From assembly GCA_965225945.1 (NCBI GenBank), contig CBDDBZ010000019.1, positions 13,594-77,593 of the forward strand: a DNA stretch of 64,000 bases, in the 5' to 3' direction. How positions within the stretch are numbered: the stretch's first letter is position 1; the number at the start of each line of letters is the position of its first letter. Below the pieces are notes generated by a model, which made no database searches, was not told the DNA's origin, and saw only the letters and a program-made list of their open reading frames with translations. The stretch is from Alphaproteobacteria bacterium. GTDB taxonomy: Bacteria > Pseudomonadota > Alphaproteobacteria > GCA-2731375. The position numbers and the translations under genes were made by a program. Positions 10,305-21,643 of the stretch are shown here, in pieces.

Positions 10305-10868
10305 CTAATTGATCCTGAACGCCGCGATCACCAGGACGTCCCGCACCGCTTTGTTGCGAGTGGTGTCCCGGACGATCTTCAGCATGCGGCCCTTGACCTC
10401 CGCCAAGTCGAAGCGGGAGTTGTCGTCCAGGCGCTTGATGGGGATTTGGTGCAACTCGCGCAGCATGGCGTCGCGCAGGCGCGGCATGAAACGTGCCACC
10501 GTCTCCTTCTCGGTCTGATCCGAGATCTCGATCGAAAGCGTCAACAGCACGTTGAAGAGCACCCGGTTGCCCTGAATCACCGGGGCGGCGAGCGGCTTCA
10601 GTTCGATATAGGTGGCGGCTTGCACCGGTTCGGGCTCGGCCTCGGGCTCGGGCTCGACCTTGGCCTCGACCTCGACCTCGACCTTGGCCTCGGCCTCGAC
10701 CTCGGCCTTGGCCTCGTCGTCGCCACCGTCGCTGCCGCCGACGATACCGAGAGCGAAGAGCGCGCCGGCCCCACCGCCGCCGAACAGCAGCAGTCCCGAC
10801 ACGGCCAGGATCAGTAGCCTCTTGTTCACGGGCCTCGGCTCCGATGCGACGGCGGTGCGTCCCGTCAT
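10305..10868 (-). CDS. FliL-like single-pass membrane protein
   Basis: N-terminal TM (LLLFGGGGAGALF), acidic linker, MPRLRDAML motif. Confidence 0.65.
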   Translation of the reverse strand: MTGRTAVASEPRPVNKRLLILAVSGLLLFGGGGAGALFALGIVGGSDGGDDEAKAEVEAEAKVEVEVEAKVEPEPEAEPEPVQAATYIELKPLAAPVIQGNRVLFNVLLTLSIEISDQTEKETVARFMPRLRDAMLRELHQIPIKRLDDNSRFDLAEVKGRMLKIVRDTTRNKAVRDVLVIAAFRIN

Positions 10869-10903
10869 TCACGACCCTGCCATGAATGCCGTTACCAGAA
10901 GGT

Positions 10904-11878
10904 TTACGCGGGCTCGCGCTCGCCGTCCCGGAAATGGCGCCACCCCGCCCGCCGGATTTCGAGCGGCCGGCCGGCCTCGTCCAGCGCGACCACCCCCTCT
11001 CCCGCTTCGACCCTCCCGATTTCGGTGAAGGCCGCATCCACCGCCTCGCCGGCAGGGGCCGACACCAGCAACTCGTAATCGTCCCCGCCGCCCATCACCC
11101 CATCCCAGAGCGCCGGATCCGCCGCCACCGCGCGCGCGGCCGGGGCCGAGAGCGGCAGCCGCCCCCGCTCCACCACCAGGCGGACGCCGGACGCTCGCGC
11201 CATGTGACCCGCGTCCTGAATCAACCCGTCGGAGACGTCCATCGCCGCGCTGGCGAGGCCGACCAGGCCCAGGCCCAGCGCGATCCGAGGTTCGGGCAGC
11301 CGGTAGCGCCCCGCCAAGGCCTCCCGGTCCTCGGGCACGAGCAGGCCGTCCAATTCTCCCCGCGCCGCCTTCAATCCCAAGGCGCCATCGCCGAGGCTAC
11401 CGGTGAGGTACAGCCGCTCGCCCGGCCGCGCGCCGTCGCGGCGAAGCGCCCGGCCCGCCGCCACCCGGCCCAGAAGCGTCGCCGTGAAGCTCACCGGCCC
11501 CGGGGTCGAGACCGTGTCGCCGCCCAGCAGCGAAAGGCCGAACTCCGCCTGATCGATCGCCAGCCCGCGGGCGAATTCGGCGACCCAAGCCTCGTCCACC
11601 GCCCCCGACCAAGCCGTGGTCAAGAGATACCCGAAGGGCCTGGCGCCCATGCCCGCGAGGTCCGAGAGATTGACCCTGAGCAGCTTCCGCGCCACCAGGT
11701 CCGGCGGATCGTCGTGGAGGAAATGCACGCCCTGGACCATGGCGTCGACCGTGACCACGATCTCCTCGCCCGTCTCGGCCTCGATCAGCGCGGCGTCGTC
11801 CAACAGGGCGAGCGCCCCCGGCGCCGTCGCCAGGGGGGCGAAGTGGCGATGGATCAGCTCGAACTCGCCCGCCCTCAT
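10904..11878 (-). CDS. thiL: Thiamine-monophosphate kinase
   Basis: EFELIHRHF, DDAA, VNLSDLAGMGA, GGDT, MDVSDGL, GGDDYELL; ATGA overlap with nusB. Confidence 0.95.
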   Translation of the reverse strand: MRAGEFELIHRHFAPLATAPGALALLDDAALIEAETGEEIVVTVDAMVQGVHFLHDDPPDLVARKLLRVNLSDLAGMGARPFGYLLTTAWSGAVDEAWVAEFARGLAIDQAEFGLSLLGGDTVSTPGPVSFTATLLGRVAAGRALRRDGARPGERLYLTGSLGDGALGLKAARGELDGLLVPEDREALAGRYRLPEPRIALGLGLVGLASAAMDVSDGLIQDAGHMARASGVRLVVERGRLPLSAPAARAVAADPALWDGVMGGGDDYELLVSAPAGEAVDAAFTEIGRVEAGEGVVALDEAGRPLEIRRAGWRHFRDGEREPA

Positions 11879-12369
11879 CGCCCGCCGTTCCGGGGGTCCG
11901 GTTCGAACTCCTCCCGCCTCAGGGTCCGGGCGATGCGGTCCAACACCGCGTTGGCGAACTTCGGCTCCTCGCCCGAGAAATAGGCGTGGGTCGCCTCGAC
12001 ATATTCGTTGATGGTCGCGCGGACCGGCACGTCCGGGCGCAGCAGCAGCTCGTAGACGCCACAGCGCAGTATCGCGCGGAGCACCGATTCCAGTCGCTCC
12101 AGCCGCCACGAGGGGCTGAGCGCGCCGGCGATCCGCTCGTCGACCTCCGCCCGCCGGCGACAGGCGCCCCGCACCAAGTCGGCAAAGAAGTCACCGTCCA
12201 TTTGGAGCGTGGTCTCGCATTCGAGCGTCGCGCCCTGGCGGTGACGCAGGAACTCCAGGATCGTGCCCTCGGCCTCGGTGGCCGCGAGCTCGATCTGATA
12301 GAGCGCCTGCACGGCGGCGAGACGCGCGGCGTGGCGCGGGCCGGGCGAGGTCTCCCGGCCCTCCGTCAT
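11875..12369 (-). CDS. nusB: Transcription antitermination factor NusB
   Basis: RHAARLAAVQALYQ, INEYVE, FANAVLD. Confidence 0.95.
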   Translation of the reverse strand: MTEGRETSPGPRHAARLAAVQALYQIELAATEAEGTILEFLRHRQGATLECETTLQMDGDFFADLVRGACRRRAEVDERIAGALSPSWRLERLESVLRAILRCGVYELLLRPDVPVRATINEYVEATHAYFSGEEPKFANAVLDRIARTLRREEFEPDPRNGGR

Positions 12370-12830
12370 CGGGGGTGGAAACCGAAATGGCGCTTGAGGT
12401 CGATCATGCGGAGCGCCGCCCGCGCGGCAACCGCGCCCTTGTTCCTGCCGTCGACCCGGGCCCGCTGCCAGGCCTGCTCGCGGGTCTCGGTGGTGAGGAT
12501 GCCGTAGCCGAGCGCGATGGTGTATTGCAGCGAGAGATCCATCAGCGCTCGGGCGCTCTGGCCGCAGATATAGTCGTAATGCGTGGTCTCGCCCCGAATG
12601 ACGCAGCCGAGGGCGATATAGGCATCGTAGCGCCGGCGCGCGCCCACCAGATGCATGCCCTTGATGGCGAAGCGGATCGCCGCCGGGAGCTCGAAAGCGC
12701 CCGGCACCGACACTCGCTCGTGGGTGGCGCCCGCGCCCTCCAGTTCGGCGATCGCGCCCTTGACCAACTCGTCCGCGATATCCTCGTAGAACCGCGCCTC
12801 GACGATCAGCACGTGAAGGGTGTCGTCCAT
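12366..12830 (-). CDS. ribH: 6,7-dimethyl-8-ribityllumazine synthase
   Basis: VPGAFELP, GCVIRGETTHYDYI, NKG. Confidence 0.96.
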   Translation of the reverse strand: MDDTLHVLIVEARFYEDIADELVKGAIAELEGAGATHERVSVPGAFELPAAIRFAIKGMHLVGARRRYDAYIALGCVIRGETTHYDYICGQSARALMDLSLQYTIALGYGILTTETREQAWQRARVDGRNKGAVAARAALRMIDLKRHFGFHPR

Positions 12831-12842
12831 TGCCGGCCTCCC

Positions 12843-13958
12843 TCAGCTCTCGTCGATCGGGATCTTGCGGCTGCCGACGACCCTCAGGCCGTAGCCGTCG
12901 AGGCCCCGGATGTCGTAATTGGTGTTGGTCAGGAGTTCCAGCTCCTTGACGCCGAGATCGGAGAGAATCTGCGCCCCGATACCGTAGTCGCGGAGCCTCA
13001 CCTGGGTGTCGACCGGCTGGCCCACCTTGCGCCGAACCCTTTCCGAGACCGCGGTCGGCAGCGCCTCGCGGATCAGCACGACGACGCCGCGCTCCTCCTC
13101 GCTCAACATCCGCATCGCCGCTTGCAGCAGCCCCGCCTTCCCCGCCTTGTCACCCAGCACGTCGCTCAGCACGTCGAGCGCGTGCATCCGCACCGGCACC
13201 GGTCCCGGCGCCGCGACGTCGCCCTTCACCAGGGCCACGTGTTCCGAATAGGCGACCGTGTTGACGTAGACGATTAGGCGGAACGGGCCGCCGTGGATGC
13301 TGTCGAGCTCCGCCTCCACCTCGCGCACGACATAGGTCTCCGTCGCCCGGCGGTATTGGATCAGGTCGGCGATGGCGCCGATCTTGATCCCGTGGAACTG
13401 GGCGAATTTCACCAGATCGGGCATCCGCGCCATGGTGCCGTCGTCGTTCATGATCTCGCAGATCACGCCGGCCGGCGCCAGTCCGGCGAGACGCGCGATG
13501 TCGACCGCCGCCTCGGTGTGCCCGGCACGGACCAGCACGCCCCCCTCCCGCGCCAGCAAGGGGAAGACGTGGCCCGGCGTCGCGATCTCGGCTGGGCCGC
13601 TCTCGGGATCGATGGCGACCTCGACGGTGCGGGCGCGATCGGCGGCGGAGATGCCGGTGGTGATGCCATGGCGCGCCTCGATCGAGGTGGTGAACGCGGT
13701 GGCGTGGCGGGCCTCGTTGCGCCGGCTCATCAGGTCGAGACCGAGCCCCCGAATTCGGTCCTCGGTCATCGCCAGGCAAATCAGGCCGCGCCCGTGCATG
13801 GCCATGAAGTTGACCGCCTGCGCATCGGCCATCTCCGCCGGAATGACGAGATCGCCCTCGTTCTCCCGGTCCTGGTCGTCGACCAGGATGAACATCCGGC
13901 CCTTGCGAGCATCCTCCACGATCTCCTCGACACTCGACAGGTTCTCATGCTCAGTCAT
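12843..13958 (-). CDS. ribB: DHBP synthase fused to a degenerate GTP cyclohydrolase II-like domain
   Basis: DRENEGD, TGISAADR, RAGHTEA, CEIMNDDG; the C-terminal domain lacks the Zn-binding cysteines. Confidence 0.93.
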   Translation of the reverse strand: MTEHENLSSVEEIVEDARKGRMFILVDDQDRENEGDLVIPAEMADAQAVNFMAMHGRGLICLAMTEDRIRGLGLDLMSRRNEARHATAFTTSIEARHGITTGISAADRARTVEVAIDPESGPAEIATPGHVFPLLAREGGVLVRAGHTEAAVDIARLAGLAPAGVICEIMNDDGTMARMPDLVKFAQFHGIKIGAIADLIQYRRATETYVVREVEAELDSIHGGPFRLIVYVNTVAYSEHVALVKGDVAAPGPVPVRMHALDVLSDVLGDKAGKAGLLQAAMRMLSEEERGVVVLIREALPTAVSERVRRKVGQPVDTQVRLRDYGIGAQILSDLGVKELELLTNTNYDIRGLDGYGLRVVGSRKIPIDES

Positions 13959-14544
13959 CTGGCACCTCCACCAAACGTGCCACGTAGCGCGCGAGAACGT
14001 CGATTTCCAGGTTGACGTGGTCGCCGACGGCGAGCCCTTCGAAGGTCGTGACCTGCCGCGTGTGGGGAATGACGTTGACCCCGAAGCGGGTGCTCTCGAC
14101 CTCGTTCACCGTCAACGATACACCGTCCAAGCAGACCGAGCCCTTGGGCGCGATGAAGCGGGCGAGCGCCGCCGGCACCTCGAAGAGGTAGCGGAGCGAA
14201 TCCCCCTCCGCCCGACACTCGACGATTTCCGCGACGCCGTCGATATGGCCCGAGACGATGTGACCGCCCAACTCGTCGCCGACCTTGAGCGCCCGCTCCA
14301 GGTTGGCGCGGTCGCCGGGCCGCCACCCACCGAGCTTGGTCTTGGAAAGCGTCTCGGCCGAGGCCGTGACGTCGAACCAGTCCTCGCCGAGCGCCACCAC
14401 CGTAAGGCAGGCGCCATCACAAGAGATGGAGGCGCCGATCTCGATGCCGGCGGTATCGTATGCGGTCTCGATCCGGAATCGGGTGTCGCCACCCGGGGTG
14501 ATATCCTTGATCCGACCGACGTCGGTGACAATGCCTGTGAACAT
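13951..14544 (-). CDS. ribE: Riboflavin synthase
   Basis: MFTGIV N-terminus, GGHIVSGHIDG, GVSLTVN. Confidence 0.96.
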   Translation of the reverse strand: MFTGIVTDVGRIKDITPGGDTRFRIETAYDTAGIEIGASISCDGACLTVVALGEDWFDVTASAETLSKTKLGGWRPGDRANLERALKVGDELGGHIVSGHIDGVAEIVECRAEGDSLRYLFEVPAALARFIAPKGSVCLDGVSLTVNEVESTRFGVNVIPHTRQVTTFEGLAVGDHVNLEIDVLARYVARLVEVPDD

Positions 14545-14553
14545 GTCCCTTTA

Positions 14554-15663
14554 TTATGTCGTCGGCGCGAAGGATTCCAGTAGATCGTCGCCGAGCCGCA
14601 GCGCGCCGCGCCGCGCCCAAGCGCCGACGTCCGCCATGCTCTCGACCCCCAGCTCGCCGAGCGCGGCCAGCCCATCCTCGCCGATCAGCGAGGGGGCCCG
14701 GAACCATTCGATGCGATCGACCAGTTTGGCGCGCAGTAACGCCGTGGCGAGACCGCGTCCCCCTTCCACCATCGCGCGCGTGATCCCGCGCAAGCCGAGG
14801 GCGCGGAGCGCGGCTTCGAGATCGACGTGGCCAGCGCCATCGCCGGCTACCTCGATGAGCTCGACGCCGCGCGAGGCGAGCGCCGCGCGCGCATCGCCGC
14901 CGCCGCCCCGCGTCAGGACCCAGGTCGAGGTTTCGCCCGCGGTCCGGGCGAGCTGGCTGTCAGCCGGCAGGCGGCACGCGCCATCGACCACGACGCGGAC
15001 GGGCGAGCGTCGTTCCAGGCCCGGCAGGCGACAGGTGAGCGCGGGATCATCGGCAAGCGCCGTGCCGGAGCCGATCAGAATCGCGTCGTGGCGCGCCCGC
15101 ATCAAATGCGCATGCGCCCGCGCGGCCTCGCCGGTGATCCATCGGCTGGCGCCGGTCCGGCTCGCCATCCGCCCGTCGAGCGTCGTCGCCAGCTTCAGGG
15201 TGACGAACGGCCGGCCCCTTTCGCGCGCCATGATAAAGCCGGCGTTGAGCTCGCGCGCCTCCGCCTCCAGCACGCCGACCTCGACCTCGATGCCGGCCTC
15301 GCGCAAGCGTCGGATACCGCCACCATGCACGCGCGGGTCCGGATCCTCCGTGGCGACCACTACGCGCGCGACACCGGCCTCGATCAGCGCCTCGGCGCAA
15401 GGTGGTGTCTGGCCATGATGGTTGCAGGGCTCCAACGTCACATGGGCACTCGCCCCTCGGGCAGAGGCGCCGGCGCGGGCCAACGCTTCGAGTTCGGCAT
15501 GGGGGCGGCCACCCGGTTGCGTCCAGCCTCGCCCGACCAGGCGCCCGTCCCCCGTCAACACACAGCCGACCGCCGGGTTGGGCCAGACGTTCCCCAGTCC
15601 GCGGTCCGCCAGCGCCAGCGCGTGGCGCATCAGCGACACATCGTCGCGTTCAGGCGTTGCCAT
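14554..15663 (-). CDS. ribD: Riboflavin biosynthesis deaminase/reductase
   Basis: [28 protein letters not shown]. Confidence 0.96.
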   Translation of the reverse strand: MATPERDDVSLMRHALALADRGLGNVWPNPAVGCVLTGDGRLVGRGWTQPGGRPHAELEALARAGASARGASAHVTLEPCNHHGQTPPCAEALIEAGVARVVVATEDPDPRVHGGGIRRLREAGIEVEVGVLEAEARELNAGFIMARERGRPFVTLKLATTLDGRMASRTGASRWITGEAARAHAHLMRARHDAILIGSGTALADDPALTCRLPGLERRSPVRVVVDGACRLPADSQLARTAGETSTWVLTRGGGGDARAALASRGVELIEVAGDGAGHVDLEAALRALGLRGITRAMVEGGRGLATALLRAKLVDRIEWFRAPSLIGEDGLAALGELGVESMADVGAWARRGALRLGDDLLESFAPTT

Positions 15664-16135
15664 CCGGCTCTTGTACGTCACGCTCGTCGGCGCCGAGCCC
15701 CTCGAGGAAATCCTCGAAATCCTTGGCCTCGCGGAAGTTACGATAAACCGAGGCGAAGCGGACATAGGCCACCTGATCGAGGCCGGCGAGCGCGTCCATG
15801 ACCATTTCGCCGATCCGGGCCGATGAAACCTCGCTCTCGCCGGTGCTCTCCAGGCGACGCTGGATGCCGTTCACCACGCGGTCGATCCGTTCCGGCTCCA
15901 CCGGCCGGCGACGGGTGGCGATCAAGATCGAGCGCAGGAGCTTGTCGCGATCGAAGGGGACGCGCTGGCCGCCGGACTTCAGCACCGCCAGCTCGCGGAG
16001 CTGGACGCGTTCGAAGGTGGTGAAGCGCGAGGCGCATTCGGGACAGGCGCGGCGGCGCCGGATCGCGGCGTTCTCTTCGGCGGGCCGCGAATCCTTGACC
16101 TGCGTGTCGCCATGGCCGCAGAACGGACAGCGCAT
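15650..16135 (-). CDS. nrdR: Transcriptional repressor NrdR
   Basis: [20 protein letters not shown] cone, [10 protein letters not shown]. Confidence 0.97.
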   Translation of the reverse strand: MRCPFCGHGDTQVKDSRPAEENAAIRRRRACPECASRFTTFERVQLRELAVLKSGGQRVPFDRDKLLRSILIATRRRPVEPERIDRVVNGIQRRLESTGESEVSSARIGEMVMDALAGLDQVAYVRFASVYRNFREAKDFEDFLEGLGADERDVQEPDGNA

Positions 16136-16161
16136 CTCTACTCTCCTCCAATAAGTCCCCT

Positions 16162-16403
16162 GTGAAGAAGTCCTTCGCTTCGCGTCACGTGTACTTTCCC
16201 ACATTCTCGGAATTGCGAAACTGCGAAAATGCGGCCCGGGGCGGCCCGGCGCCGCATTTTCTTGTCTTTGTCGATTTGCGAGCTTCAGGGAAGACGTTGC
16301 CCAGAAGCTCGCAAATCCGCCTGCCGAACCGCCTCGAGGGCGGATTTGGTCGAATCAATCCGGGAAAAAGTACCCCGACGCGAAGCCTGGGGACTTTATT
16401 CAC
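16162..16403. repeat. Imperfect ~40-bp inverted repeats bounding ~240 bp; MITE-like
   Basis: GTGAAGAAGTCCTTCGCTTCGCGTCACGTGTACTTTCCC (16162-16200) vs reverse complement of 16362-16403, GTGAATAAAGTCCCCAGGCTTCGCGTCGGGGTACTTTTTCCC. Confidence 0.6.
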
Positions 16404-16433
16404 GATCGACCAATTATCGCGGACGACGCGGCC

Positions 16434-17744
16434 TCAATCCGTGCGCGCCGGATAGATCGGGTGGCGCGCACAAAGCGCCTCGACCTCGCGGCGGACGGCC
16501 TCGATCCGTTCGTTCTCCCGCCCGTCGCGGAGCGCGTCCAAGACCTCGGCGATCCAGACTGCGATCCCCTCGAAGTCATCAGCCGTGAAGCCGCGCGTCG
16601 TGCCGGCGGAGCTGCCGAGGCGGACGCCCGAGGTGATGGTCGGCTTCTCCGGATCGAACGGGACGCCGTTCTTGTTGCAGGTGATGCCGGCGCGTTCCAG
16701 CGCCACCTCGGCCGCGTTGCCCTTCAGGCCCTGGCGGCGCAGATCGACCAGCAGCAAGTGGGTGTCGGTGCCGCCCGACACGACGTCGTAGCCACGGGCC
16801 AGCAGCCTCGCCGCGAGCGCCCGGGCGTTAGCGACGACGGCGGCCGCGTAGCCGGCGAAGGACGGCTCCAGCGCCTCGGCGAAGGCGACCGCCTTGGCGG
16901 CGATCACGTGCATCAGCGGCCCGCCCTGCAAGCCCGGGAAGAGCGCCGAGTCGATTCTGCGGCCGATCTCCGCGTCGTTGGCGAGGACCAATCCACCGCG
17001 GGGGCCGCGCAGTGTCTTGTGCGTGGTGGAGGTGACGACATGGGCGTGCGGCAGCGGGCTCGGATGCACGCCGCCGGCGACCAAGCCGGCGAAATGCGCC
17101 ATGTCGACCATCAGGTAGGCATCGACCGAGTTGGCGATCTCGCGGCAGCGGGCGAAGTCGATTTCACGCGGATAGGCAGAGCCGCCGGCGATGATGAGGC
17201 GCGGGCGATGCGCACTTGCGAGGCGCGCCATTTGCTCGTAGTCGATCTGGCCGTCTTCCGGGCGAACGCCGTAGGCCACCGGCTCGAACCACTTGCCCGA
17301 AAGGTTGACCTTGGCGCCGTGGGTCAGGTGTCCACCGGCCGAGAGAGCCATCCCCATAAACCGGTCACCCGGGCGCAGCAGCGCCAGGAAGACCGTCTGG
17401 TTCGCCTGGGCGCCCGAATGGGGCTGCACATTGGCGAAGGCGCAATCGAACAGACGACAGGCCCTCTCGATCGCCAGGCGTTCGACGACGTCGACATGCT
17501 CGCAGCCACCGTAGTAGCGCCGGCCTGGGTAACCCTCGGCGTATTTGTTGGTGAGCAGCGAGCCCATGGCCTCCAGCACCGCGCGGCTGGCAATGTTTTC
17601 CGACGCGATCAACTCGATCTGGCGATCCTGGCGGCCATATTCGGCCGCGATCACCGCCGCGACTTCCGGATCGACGCGCTCCAAGGGTTCGGCGAAGCGG
17701 CCGGAGACCCGATCCGAAAGCTTGGCGGTGGCATTCAAGGTCAT
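16434..17744 (-). CDS. glyA: Serine hydroxymethyltransferase
   Basis: [35 protein letters not shown] (PLP lysine). Confidence 0.97.
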   Translation of the reverse strand: MTLNATAKLSDRVSGRFAEPLERVDPEVAAVIAAEYGRQDRQIELIASENIASRAVLEAMGSLLTNKYAEGYPGRRYYGGCEHVDVVERLAIERACRLFDCAFANVQPHSGAQANQTVFLALLRPGDRFMGMALSAGGHLTHGAKVNLSGKWFEPVAYGVRPEDGQIDYEQMARLASAHRPRLIIAGGSAYPREIDFARCREIANSVDAYLMVDMAHFAGLVAGGVHPSPLPHAHVVTSTTHKTLRGPRGGLVLANDAEIGRRIDSALFPGLQGGPLMHVIAAKAVAFAEALEPSFAGYAAAVVANARALAARLLARGYDVVSGGTDTHLLLVDLRRQGLKGNAAEVALERAGITCNKNGVPFDPEKPTITSGVRLGSSAGTTRGFTADDFEGIAVWIAEVLDALRDGRENERIEAVRREVEALCARHPIYPARTD

Positions 17745-18239
17745 GCGATGGTCCCCGAATCGGACGTTTCGCCGGGCCCTCGTGCCGACCGGGTCCCGCC
17801 GTTCGTTCATACCATATGCTGAGGAGAGGCGCCAAGCGCCCACAACTCCTCGGGCGGGGAAATCGACGAAATCGCCGGTGGTCGGCGACAAATCGTCGGC
17901 CTCGTAGAGTGCGACCTTCGCCTGTCACGTCGGTGATTCGCCTGCCCAAGTGTTCCGTCGTGCTCGCCCGACTTCTCGGCATATACCTGTTAGGGTATTG
18001 AAAACAGACGGAGATCCCGTATTTGCGGCGTCCCGGCCACGGTCGTTGGGCAGTCTCCCCCGGGCGGCGACGTCGGCGTTGCAATTGGCGGGGGCTTTTG
18101 GCATGTTCCGCGCCCGACGCGGCGACGCTCGTTCCGCCGCCGCGTCGCGCGCCGAATCGCGTTCCCCGAAGCAATGGCGTTCGCCCCACCAGGGCCACCT
18201 CGAGCCGATCGAGGGAAATCGAAAACAAAGGATATCGTC

Positions 18240-20324
18240 ATGCCCGCCGGATTGATCTTCGCCATCGTCTGCGGCCTCGTCGCCATCGGCTACGGCGCGT
18301 GGGCCGCCAAATGGGTGATGGCCAACGATACCGGAACCGATCGGATGCGGGAGATCGCGGCCGCCATCCAGGAGGGCGCCGAGGCCTATCTGAAACGCCA
18401 GTATCAGGCGATCGCCATCGTTGGCGTGGTGATCTTCGCCATCCTGTTCCCGGCCATCGGCTGGCACGCGGCGGTGGGCTTCCTCATCGGCGCGCTTTTG
18501 TCGGGCGCGACCGGCTATGTCGGCATGCATGTCTCGGTGCGCGCCAACCTGCGCACGACCGAGGCCGCGCGCCACGGCCTTGGCCGGGGTCTCGAGCTCG
18601 CCTTCCGGGCGGGCGCGGTCACCGGCATGCTGGTCGCCGGCCTGGCGCTGCTCTCGGTCAGCGTCTATTACGCCGTGCTGCTCGGCATCGACGCCAGCGG
18701 GCGCGAGATCGTCGACGCTCTGGTCGGGCTCGGCTTCGGCGGCTCGCTGATCTCGATCTTCGCCCGTCTCGGCGGCGGCATCTTCACCAAGGGCGCCGAC
18801 GTCGGCGCCGACCTGGTCGGCAAGGTCGAGGCCGGCATTCCCGAGGACGACCCGCGCAATCCCGCCGTCATCGCCGACAACGTGGGCGACAACGTCGGCG
18901 ACTGCGCCGGCATGGCGGCCGACCTGTTCGAGACCTATGCGGTGACCGTGGTCGCCACCATGGTGCTGGCCTCGATCTTCTTCGTCTCCGATCCCACCCT
19001 GCAGACCAAGATGATGCTCTATCCGCTGGTGATCGGCGGCACCTGCATCATCACCAGCGTGATCGGCACCTTCTTCGTCAAGCTCGGCGCCTCGCAAAGC
19101 ATCATGGGCGCGCTCTACAAGGGCTTCATCGTGGCCGCCGTGCTGTCGGCCATCGCGCTTTGGCCGGTGACGGAATGGATTATCGGCTTCTCCACCATGT
19201 TGCAGGCCGGCGGCGCCGAATTCCCGGCCCGCCACCTGTACTATTGCGGCCTCGTCGGCCTGGTGGTGACGGGCCTGATCATCTGGGCGACCGAATATTA
19301 CACCGGCACCGAGTATCGGCCGGTGCAGTCGATCGCCAAGGCCTCGACCACCGGCCACGGAACCAACGTCATCCAGGGCCTGGCGGTCAGCCTGGAAGCG
19401 ACGGCGATCCCGGCACTGATCATCTGCGCCGGCATCATCTGCGCCAATCTGCTGGCGGGCCTGCTGGGGATCGCCATCGCGGCCTCGGCGATGCTGGCGC
19501 TCGCCGGCATGGTGGTGGCGCTCGACGCCTACGGGCCGGTCACCGACAATGCCGGCGGCATCGCCGAGATGGCGGATCTGGAGGGCGACGTGCGCGCCAC
19601 CACGGACGCGCTGGACGCCGTCGGCAACACCACCAAGGCGGTGACCAAGGGCTACGCCATCGGCTCCGCCGGCCTGGCGGCGCTGGTGCTGTTCGGGGCC
19701 TATACCGAGGACCTGAAGCTCTACTTCTCCGATCTCACGATCGACTTCTCGCTCTCCAACCCCTTCGTCGTCGTCGGCCTGTTCTTGGGCGGCATGCTGC
19801 CGTTCCTCTTCGCCGCCATGGGCATGACCGCGGTCGGGCGGGCCGCCGGATCCGTGGTGGAGGAGGTCCGCCGTCAGTTCCGAGAAATTCCGGGGATCAT
19901 GGAGGGGACGGGCAAGCCCGACTATGGCCGCGCCGTCGACCTGCTGACCCGGGCCGCGATCAAGGAGATGATCCTACCCTCGCTGCTGCCGGTGCTGGCG
20001 CCGGTGGTGGTCTATTTCGCGATCAACCTGATCGCCGGTCAGGCCCAGGCCTTCGCCACGCTCGGCGCGATGCTGCTGGGCGTGATCGTCACCGGGCTCT
20101 TCGTCGCGATCTCGATGACGGCGGGCGGCGGTGCCTGGGACAACGCCAAGAAGTATATCGAGGACGGCCATCACGGAGGCAAGGGCTCGGAAGCGCACAT
20201 GGCGGCGGTGACCGGCGACACGGTCGGCGATCCCTACAAGGACACCGCCGGCCCGGCGGTGAACCCAATGATCAAGATCACCAACATCGTCGCCCTGCTG
20301 CTGCTGGCGGGCCTGGCGCAATAG
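18240..20324 (+). CDS. hppA: Membrane-bound H+-translocating pyrophosphatase, probably K+-independent
   Basis: [30 protein letters not shown] (Lys at the K+-determining position), [10 protein letters not shown]. Confidence 0.95.
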   Translation: MPAGLIFAIVCGLVAIGYGAWAAKWVMANDTGTDRMREIAAAIQEGAEAYLKRQYQAIAIVGVVIFAILFPAIGWHAAVGFLIGALLSGATGYVGMHVSVRANLRTTEAARHGLGRGLELAFRAGAVTGMLVAGLALLSVSVYYAVLLGIDASGREIVDALVGLGFGGSLISIFARLGGGIFTKGADVGADLVGKVEAGIPEDDPRNPAVIADNVGDNVGDCAGMAADLFETYAVTVVATMVLASIFFVSDPTLQTKMMLYPLVIGGTCIITSVIGTFFVKLGASQSIMGALYKGFIVAAVLSAIALWPVTEWIIGFSTMLQAGGAEFPARHLYYCGLVGLVVTGLIIWATEYYTGTEYRPVQSIAKASTTGHGTNVIQGLAVSLEATAIPALIICAGIICANLLAGLLGIAIAASAMLALAGMVVALDAYGPVTDNAGGIAEMADLEGDVRATTDALDAVGNTTKAVTKGYAIGSAGLAALVLFGAYTEDLKLYFSDLTIDFSLSNPFVVVGLFLGGMLPFLFAAMGMTAVGRAAGSVVEEVRRQFREIPGIMEGTGKPDYGRAVDLLTRAAIKEMILPSLLPVLAPVVVYFAINLIAGQAQAFATLGAMLLGVIVTGLFVAISMTAGGGAWDNAKKYIEDGHHGGKGSEAHMAAVTGDTVGDPYKDTAGPAVNPMIKITNIVALLLLAGLAQ

Positions 20325-20443
20325 GCGCCGGCGCGATCGGCCGATGGGTTTTCCCGACCGTCCGGAGCGCGGAGGCGGCCATGCCAGAGGGGCCGGACGA
20401 GCGAGCAAGCGCGGCGGACCTTGTGTTTTGTGGGCGTTCGCAG

Positions 20444-21592
20444 TCAGTTCAAGCCGTACAAACCTGCCACGTTGTCGCGCGTGATCTTGCGCCGGACAGA
20501 GGGCGGCAAGCCCGAAAGGTTGCGGTCCAGGATCTTTTTCGATTCCGGCCACAGGCAGTCTGGATGCGGATAGTCGGCACCCCAGATGATGTTGTCCTCG
20601 CCGATCAGCGGCACGATCGGCTCCAAGAACTTGTCCTGCTGGTAAGTGACGTAGCCCTGGCGGCGGAAGTAGTCGCTCGGCTTCATCTTGAAGCCGAGGC
20701 TGCGCGCCCGGTCGTGGTACTCGGTATCGAGCCGGTCGAACACGTAGGGCAGCCAAGTGACGCCGGACTCGCCGAGCACGAAGTTGAAGTCCGGGTACCT
20801 CTCGCAGGCGCCGGAGGCCAGCAGCGAGACCAGCACCTCCATGGTGTCGAGTTGGAAAAGCGCCGAGCGCACCAGCCGGTACTCGGTGAAGTATTCCTTC
20901 TCCATCTCCGGCGTATCGGGCGCGCGCAGCGCCTTGAAGCCGGTCGAATGGAAGGAGATCGGGAATCGGCATTCCGCCGCCGCCTCCCACAGCGCATCCC
21001 AGTCGTGGTGCCAGAGCGGCAGCGACATGCGCTTGAAAGCGAGATCGCCGCCCCGCAGGCCGAGCTTGGCACAGCGCCGCACCTCGGCCGCCGCGGCCTT
21101 CGGATCATGGTTCGGCACGATAGCGAGCGGGAAAACCCGGCTGGCGTCCGCTCGGCCGGCGAAGTCGGCGACCCAGTCATTGTAGACTTGGTCGGCCCAT
21201 GAACGCATCTCGCCCTCGTCGATCATTTCGTTGATCATCAGGCAGCCGTAGACGATCTCGGCATCGAGCCCGTCGCGATCGAGGTCGGCGATCCGAAGCT
21301 CAGGCGTGGTGGGCCGTGGCCTGGCGCCGCGCTGGTAGTCCCATTCGAAGCCGGCCTCTTTCATCTCGTCGATGTGGCCGAAAGACCCCTTCTGGTACTT
21401 CAGAAAGCCGGGCCCGACACCGTTCCACATACCTTTGTCCTGTCCGTCGACGATCCAGTGCAGCCCGTCTTCGCGCTCCTCGCAGCGCGGCGCCGTCGCC
21501 TTCCACTTCGCTGGCGCCGCGTCCGACCACAACTCAGGCGGGCAGTAGGTCAGGTCGATGTGGTTGTCGCCCGATATCAGTTCGTAGGACAT
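20444..21592 (-). CDS. Amidohydrolase family protein
   Basis: ISGDNHI, LGESGVTWLP, IIWGADYPHPD. Confidence 0.85.
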   Translation of the reverse strand: MSYELISGDNHIDLTYCPPELWSDAAPAKWKATAPRCEEREDGLHWIVDGQDKGMWNGVGPGFLKYQKGSFGHIDEMKEAGFEWDYQRGARPRPTTPELRIADLDRDGLDAEIVYGCLMINEMIDEGEMRSWADQVYNDWVADFAGRADASRVFPLAIVPNHDPKAAAAEVRRCAKLGLRGGDLAFKRMSLPLWHHDWDALWEAAAECRFPISFHSTGFKALRAPDTPEMEKEYFTEYRLVRSALFQLDTMEVLVSLLASGACERYPDFNFVLGESGVTWLPYVFDRLDTEYHDRARSLGFKMKPSDYFRRQGYVTYQQDKFLEPIVPLIGEDNIIWGADYPHPDCLWPESKKILDRNLSGLPPSVRRKITRDNVAGLYGLN

Positions 21593-21643
21593 GGCTTCCC
21601 TCTCTCCGGTCGGCCGTTAGGCAGCGTCACACAGTTTAAAAGA

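Noticed and set aside
12843-13350. Cysteine-less GTP cyclohydrolase II domain as a novelty
   Set aside because: Degenerate RibBX-type fusions are already well known in proteobacteria.
17745-18239. Riboswitch (ZTP or glycine) upstream of glyA
   Set aside because: I could not match the conserved motifs by eye; an Rfam/Infernal search would be needed.
18023-21202. Very long alternative-frame and antisense ORFs (e.g. 1059 aa here, 682 aa at 4291..6339, 680 aa at 41504..43546)
   Set aside because: These are Arg/Pro/Gly-rich shadow frames of real genes, expected at high GC.
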